Below are positions 59,214 through 64,000 of a stretch of DNA of 64,000 bases, in pieces. The notes under the pieces are model-generated. The model was not told the origin of the DNA and did no database searches. It saw nothing but the letters and a program-made list of their open reading frames with translations. The DNA is taken from assembly GCA_965203295.1 (NCBI GenBank), contig CBDBCZ010000007.1:1-64000 (forward strand). The letters run 5' to 3'. Made by a program: the position numbers and the translations under genes. Positions within the stretch are counted from its first letter, which is position 1. The number at the start of each line of letters is the position of its first letter. The DNA comes from Nitrospirales bacterium. GTDB taxonomy: Bacteria > Nitrospirota > Nitrospiria > Nitrospirales > UBA8639.

Positions 59214-59672
59214 GATATCACTGAATGCAAGGGGAAATTTGGACTGAATATCACTGAATGCAAGGGGAAATTTGGACTGAATATCACTGAATGCAAGGGG
59301 AAATTTAGACTGAATATGACTGAATGCAAGGGGAAATTTAGACTGAATATCACTGAATGCAAGGGGAAATTTAGACTGAATATCACTGAATGCAAGGGGA
59401 AATTTAGACTGAATATCACTGAATGCAAGGGGAAATTTGGACTGAATATCACTGAATGCAAGGGGAAATTTAGACTGAATATCACTGAATGCAAGGGGAA
59501 ATTTGGACTGAATATCACTGAATGCAAGGGGAAATTTAGACTGAATATCACTGAATGCAAGGGGAAATTTAGACTGAATATCACTGAATGCAAGGGGAAA
59601 TTTAGACTGAATATGACTGAATGCAAGGGGAAATTTAGACTGAATATCACTGAATGCAAGGGGAAATTTAGA
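59214..59672 (+). repeat. 33-bp minisatellite (14 copies) about 100 bp upstream of the next start codon
   Basis: Unit gaatatcactgaatgcaaggggaaattt(a/g)gact. Confidence 0.97.
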
Positions 59673-59774
59673 CCCCTGAGTCATGTTTAGCTATTAAATT
59701 AGATTGGCCTGAGCTTAGTATTTATTACAGTGCATGTGGCTGTTTTTCATTGTAAACTAGATCTACTCTGTAGC

Positions 59775-62288
59775 ATGGCTAGTGGTAGCAGTGAGAAACC
59801 CAAGAATGTTGTTGGGAAATGGCCCAAACGTTCGGTCCTCTTTCATATAAGTATTGGTGTAGTGTTCCTGATTGTGCTGGTTCTCGCCCTAGTTGCACTG
59901 GGATCACTTGCTGCCAAACATAATGAAGTCCTTGACGTGTGTCCGCAATGTGGGTGCATTCTTTACAGTTCTCGTGAGCCGTCCGGTTTTATTCGGCTTA
60001 GCAGCGGAAAGTCGTGCGCATTTGGGATCTGGGGCGAGGCGGTGATTGCAGCAATAGCAGTGGGGTTTATTGTATTGACAGTGGTGAAAGTTGTTGCTGG
60101 GAAACCAATGTAAGTGATTCCTAAGTGGGGTATACATTATGCCATACGTAGCAGTCTGGCAGCTGTGTAGCGCATGTATCGACCATATAATTTATATGCA
60201 AGGCTGTGAAAGAAAAATATTATAATATAAGCACTATATGGCAACAACATGCATTTCATTGCTCTGCTCTAATCCTCCAGAGTTGGAATTATAACACTTG
60301 TTGAGCTGACTGTTATTATTGCCACTGTCCTGCTGGGGCTTGCTATTGGAATTGTCATTTCTGCTGGACTAAGTCAGACTTGTGATGCTTTTGATAATGA
60401 CGGACCGTAAGTTATTTGCATGGCAGTATATAAATGCAGTGAGCTATTTACATCTGGAGGCCTATTTCTTTTGGTATAATGTTACTGACATGTGAAAAAC
60501 TGAGTACAATGGCCTGAGTTTTCTAATGCATAACACGAGAAAATACTTTTTCTGCTTTATGCCCTGACCTCATGATCAATTAATATATAGTGGCATAGAA
60601 AGATTGACATTAAATTTTGGTGATAACATAGTTTACAGTGGCATATAGGAAGATGAACACACAGGCTTGCAGAACCTTTTTTGACTAGATAGCACTGTGT
60701 ATACAGACCTGAGAATGGTGCCAAAGACGATCTTACTGGGAAAGCATGCCATTGTTGAGCGAAAGGCTAGAGCTTAATTAGCAGTAAGCACTGATATGAA
60801 CAGGTTCTGGAGATTGCTGCAGAGTTGTACTTCTGCTGCGCATGCTTCGAACCCCGTCTGGCATCAATGTGGTAACAGTTTGCATGCTTCCTTTGTAGTC
60901 TTATGCATGAGCTGTCAATCCTTCTGCCCTTTGGGGAGGAGCCGGACACATATGACATTTCCCCAACTATTGAATTAGCATCAGCCGTCTACTAAAACAT
61001 TTTCTTATCTTATTAACTTTATGTTTAAATTTGTCTTATTTGCCTACAGGTGTAGCGAAAACCATTTCATCACGCTGAACTTTCGTGTTGTCAATCTATT
61101 CTTCTACAATGAACTTTATACATCTGAAGTGAGTAGTTAACAGCATTACTCAGTACCAATATGTTGTTACGTATATGAATTGGTGAGTTGATGATACTGT
61201 TCTACCTTCAGTGTTGTCTGATTCTAGATCTGAGAGTAAAAACTCAGTCTTTTGGTTGCTAAACACCTGGGGCCAAATCAGACTGCTCACCAAATTAAGT
61301 TTTTAATGTGGCTTACTTTAGGAGTGTGTATGTTTTAGAAATGGCTCCTGGGTGCAAGCTGACACCAATGATACGTAGCTTTGTCCTGGAAAGATTCATT
61401 TATTCAGAGATAACTATATCATAATTTTTTACAACATGAAGTAACTATGTTGTAGCCTCATCCCCAAGTTCTCCAAAAGCAGGGAAGCTATAGAGCCTGG
61501 TACCTTTTCTCATAATTTTCTCATGATTATAAGTACAGGCCGAGACCGATCGAAAGATGTCATTTCTTATGGCAGTTAGCTAGCTATGTATGTATTCTGT
61601 CTTCAAAGATATAGTCTGTCACATAAGGGGAGGCTGTAGCTAGCTACTACAGCTCCTGGGAGTAGGTTAGCAGAGTTTATGTTGCTTCTGTAGAAGTTGT
61701 GTTATGAGTGCTGGACTGTTTAGTAGCTACAGCATAAAATCATTTACGGAGTCTGTTGCAAAGCAGAAAAAGTGTTAGTGTGGCATAAGTACACACACAA
61801 CACACATGCACACACAACAAAAAAAGTGGAATTTCCTGAAAATATGCATTACAAGGAAATTTGACAGAAAATATGGTATTCTAGGTACAGGGTAGTATAT
61901 AGGATAGGGAAGAATTTCATGATTTTAAAGGAAGTTCTGCCCTATCCTATACTACCCTGTACCTGAAATGCCAGATTTCCTGTCAAATTTCCTCGTAACC
62001 CATTTCAGAAAATTCCACTTTTTTTCCTGTGACACACAACCACTCACACGCATGCATACACAATACACACACACACACAAAGCAGAGTTACCTTGGTATA
62101 GCACTTGATGCAGTAGCTATATTTAATGCTATGACTGTATGCACTAACTATCATTGTTTCAATACATTCAGGTAACTGCCTGGTTAGGATTCGCCATTCT
62201 GGCCGTTGTTGCTGTGGCATACATCGTAATTCTAATATACTCCCGTGTCCAGGGAAAAAAGATCACTTGTACGCGCGGAACAGAATGA
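59775..62288 (+). CDS. TMEM179-like four-TM protein, 4 exons, ~218 aa
   Basis: Exons 59775-60109, 60281-60406, 61050-61128, 62172-62288, phases compatible. Pattern CILY...SCAF, ISAGLSQTC...C...FYNELYTSEVTAW resembles TMEM179. Confidence 0.72.
61820..62030. mobile_element. Foldback MITE with CACA...TGTG ends
   Basis: aaaaaagtggaattt..ggaaatttgacag..ggtacagggtagtat..aggataggg pairs with ccctatcctatactaccctgtacc..ctgtcaaatttcc..aattccactttttt. Confidence 0.75.
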
Positions 62289-63160
62289 CAATTGACTCCG
62301 TATACTATTTTAACTATACTAACTTTAACCCACATGCAGTATTCAGCACTGACACACACCATTATGATTATATATGTAGCATGTAGTTAGACATTCATTT
62401 CTGATTGATGTTGTTCTATATGCAACCACATACAATTAAATCACATATACCATGCTTGCTTGCCATTAGTCATTGGGAAATCACAGGAGTAAGTGGAAGC
62501 TGCTGTAGTAGTACCCCTATAATTATAGGGATAAATGAAGGGCTGAGAACCAAAATGAAGTGATGGAAAATGTATGAAAAGCATGATAATGAAGCAAAAA
62601 ATGTGTGTATACCCTATAAGTATACGACCAAAATTGAAAATCTAAAGTTTTGAGCAGCTCCTGAAACACATGCAGTTTAAGAGTATTCTGAATTCTGGGA
62701 GGGGCAGGTTCAAATTTGTGGGTTACACCACTCTGGTTCTCAAATGTAGTACAGGTACATTTGCAACAATAAGAACCAGCTCTTGAAAAGGCTGTGTGTC
62801 ATAAACTCATGACTTAATTGTTCCCAAGCTCTTCTTTTATTTAGTTTGGCAAAATCGGATTCGGAGCCTGCATGGATATCTACATTGTAGCTACATGTTG
62901 TTTTTTTTTTTTACATCCATGCCTACGCAATAGCTAGCTAGCTATTGCTCATGGTAGTACTTTCACTAATGAATTTCAAATGCAACTAATTAATTGTACA
63001 TAGCTATGTAGCTAGCATAAAAACTTTTTTTGATCAAGATTTAGCTATTGTCAACATTTGTCAGAATGACAAATTGAGTAATCACTATTTTATAGTTCCG
63101 GTATTTTTTTTAAAAATCTTGGTGAGCAGGCTGTTTTATTGCCTTATGATTAGGCCTGAT

Positions 63161-63333
63161 CTGGGTTCTGTTCCAGGGTCCTGGTCTGAGGTGAATTGGG
63201 TTCTGTTCCAGGATGTACTGGGTCCTGGTCTGAGGTGAAATGGGTTCTGTTCCAGGATGTACTGGGTCCTGGTCTGAGGTGAAATGGGTTCTGTTCCAGG
63301 ATGTACTGGGTCCTGGTCTGAGGTGAATTGGTT
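63161..63333 (+). repeat. 44-bp minisatellite (~4 copies)
   Basis: Unit tgggttctgttccaggatgtactgggtcctggtctgaggtgaaa. Confidence 0.9.
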
Positions 63334-64000
63334 TGCTCCAAAAAAAAATGCCTGAGGGCAGAGACAGGGAATGAGGCTATGAGGATATATGGCCAAAATG
63401 ATGAAGGTAATATATAGATGATGCTAAATCCGGGCGGCACCATCATCCAGTGTTCTAGTGGTGAAGGCCTTGAACTAGAGGGCGGAGAATTAGGTAGCCA
63501 CATTCCCAGGCCCGTGCCATTTTCGGTTACACGAAAGCTGTGACCGAAAAAGTCACAGGCCTGGGAACGAGGCTAAGACAAGTCTCCCAGTATGTTTACA
63601 AAATCAATTCTAGTGTGAAAACACAAAAATGCAATTAGGAAGGAATCTAGAGTACAATGGGGTCAGCAGGACAAGTGTAAATCCTGTTAAGCTTCCTGTA
63701 AAGGCTTTGAAGCTGCTGGATGACCCCAGGTTGAACTCATTGTGTGGTCAAAACAGCATCCTTATCATAATCCCTCCATAAAAGTCTAGGGCAAGTTACA
63801 TGCTTGCTATATGCTGCAGTGTCAGATAGTGCCTTGGTCAGTGAGTGATTTAGCTATAGCACGACTCAGCCAGCAAAATGGGTTTTTGCGATTATCGGTG
63901 TTACCCTAGCCTAGGTCTATGTAGATTTTCTGAGGGCGTTATTGAACTGCTACTTCGTCTTATACTTTCAGTGGTGAGTTGGAAATTAGTTGCATTCAAT

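Noticed and set aside
59114..59690. Repetitive ORFs (ITECKGKFRLN)n
   Set aside because: 33-bp minisatellite with no splice or domain support.

Overview
Eukaryotic, intron-rich animal DNA, probably a sponge or similar marine invertebrate (inferred from GT-AG introns, TTAGGG-type repeats and gene content). Host genes assembled by hand from splice sites: an 18-exon carnitine palmitoyltransferase 1 (2977-23608, +, ~774 aa), an orphan signal-peptide/~7TM protein (24633-26662, -), two paralogous 4-TM MARVEL-like genes flanking a prominin gene (39074-52790, -), and a TMEM179-like gene. The 28.7-35.1 kb block is a transposon nest. It holds a non-autonomous AcademH-type element with a RecQ fragment and a 9-bp TSD, and a 5.4-kb Mutator-like element (TIRs, 9-bp TSD) carrying a 9-exon Ulp1/SENP protease gene with an intact His-Asp-Cys triad upstream of a DDE/SWIM transposase. 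Introns contain MITEs of several DNA-transposon superfamilies, minisatellites (some derived from MITE ends), two inverted tRNA-Thr-like cassettes, and an antisense copy of CPT1 exon 13 inside CPT1 intron 1. Family names come from motif recognition only; no database search was run.
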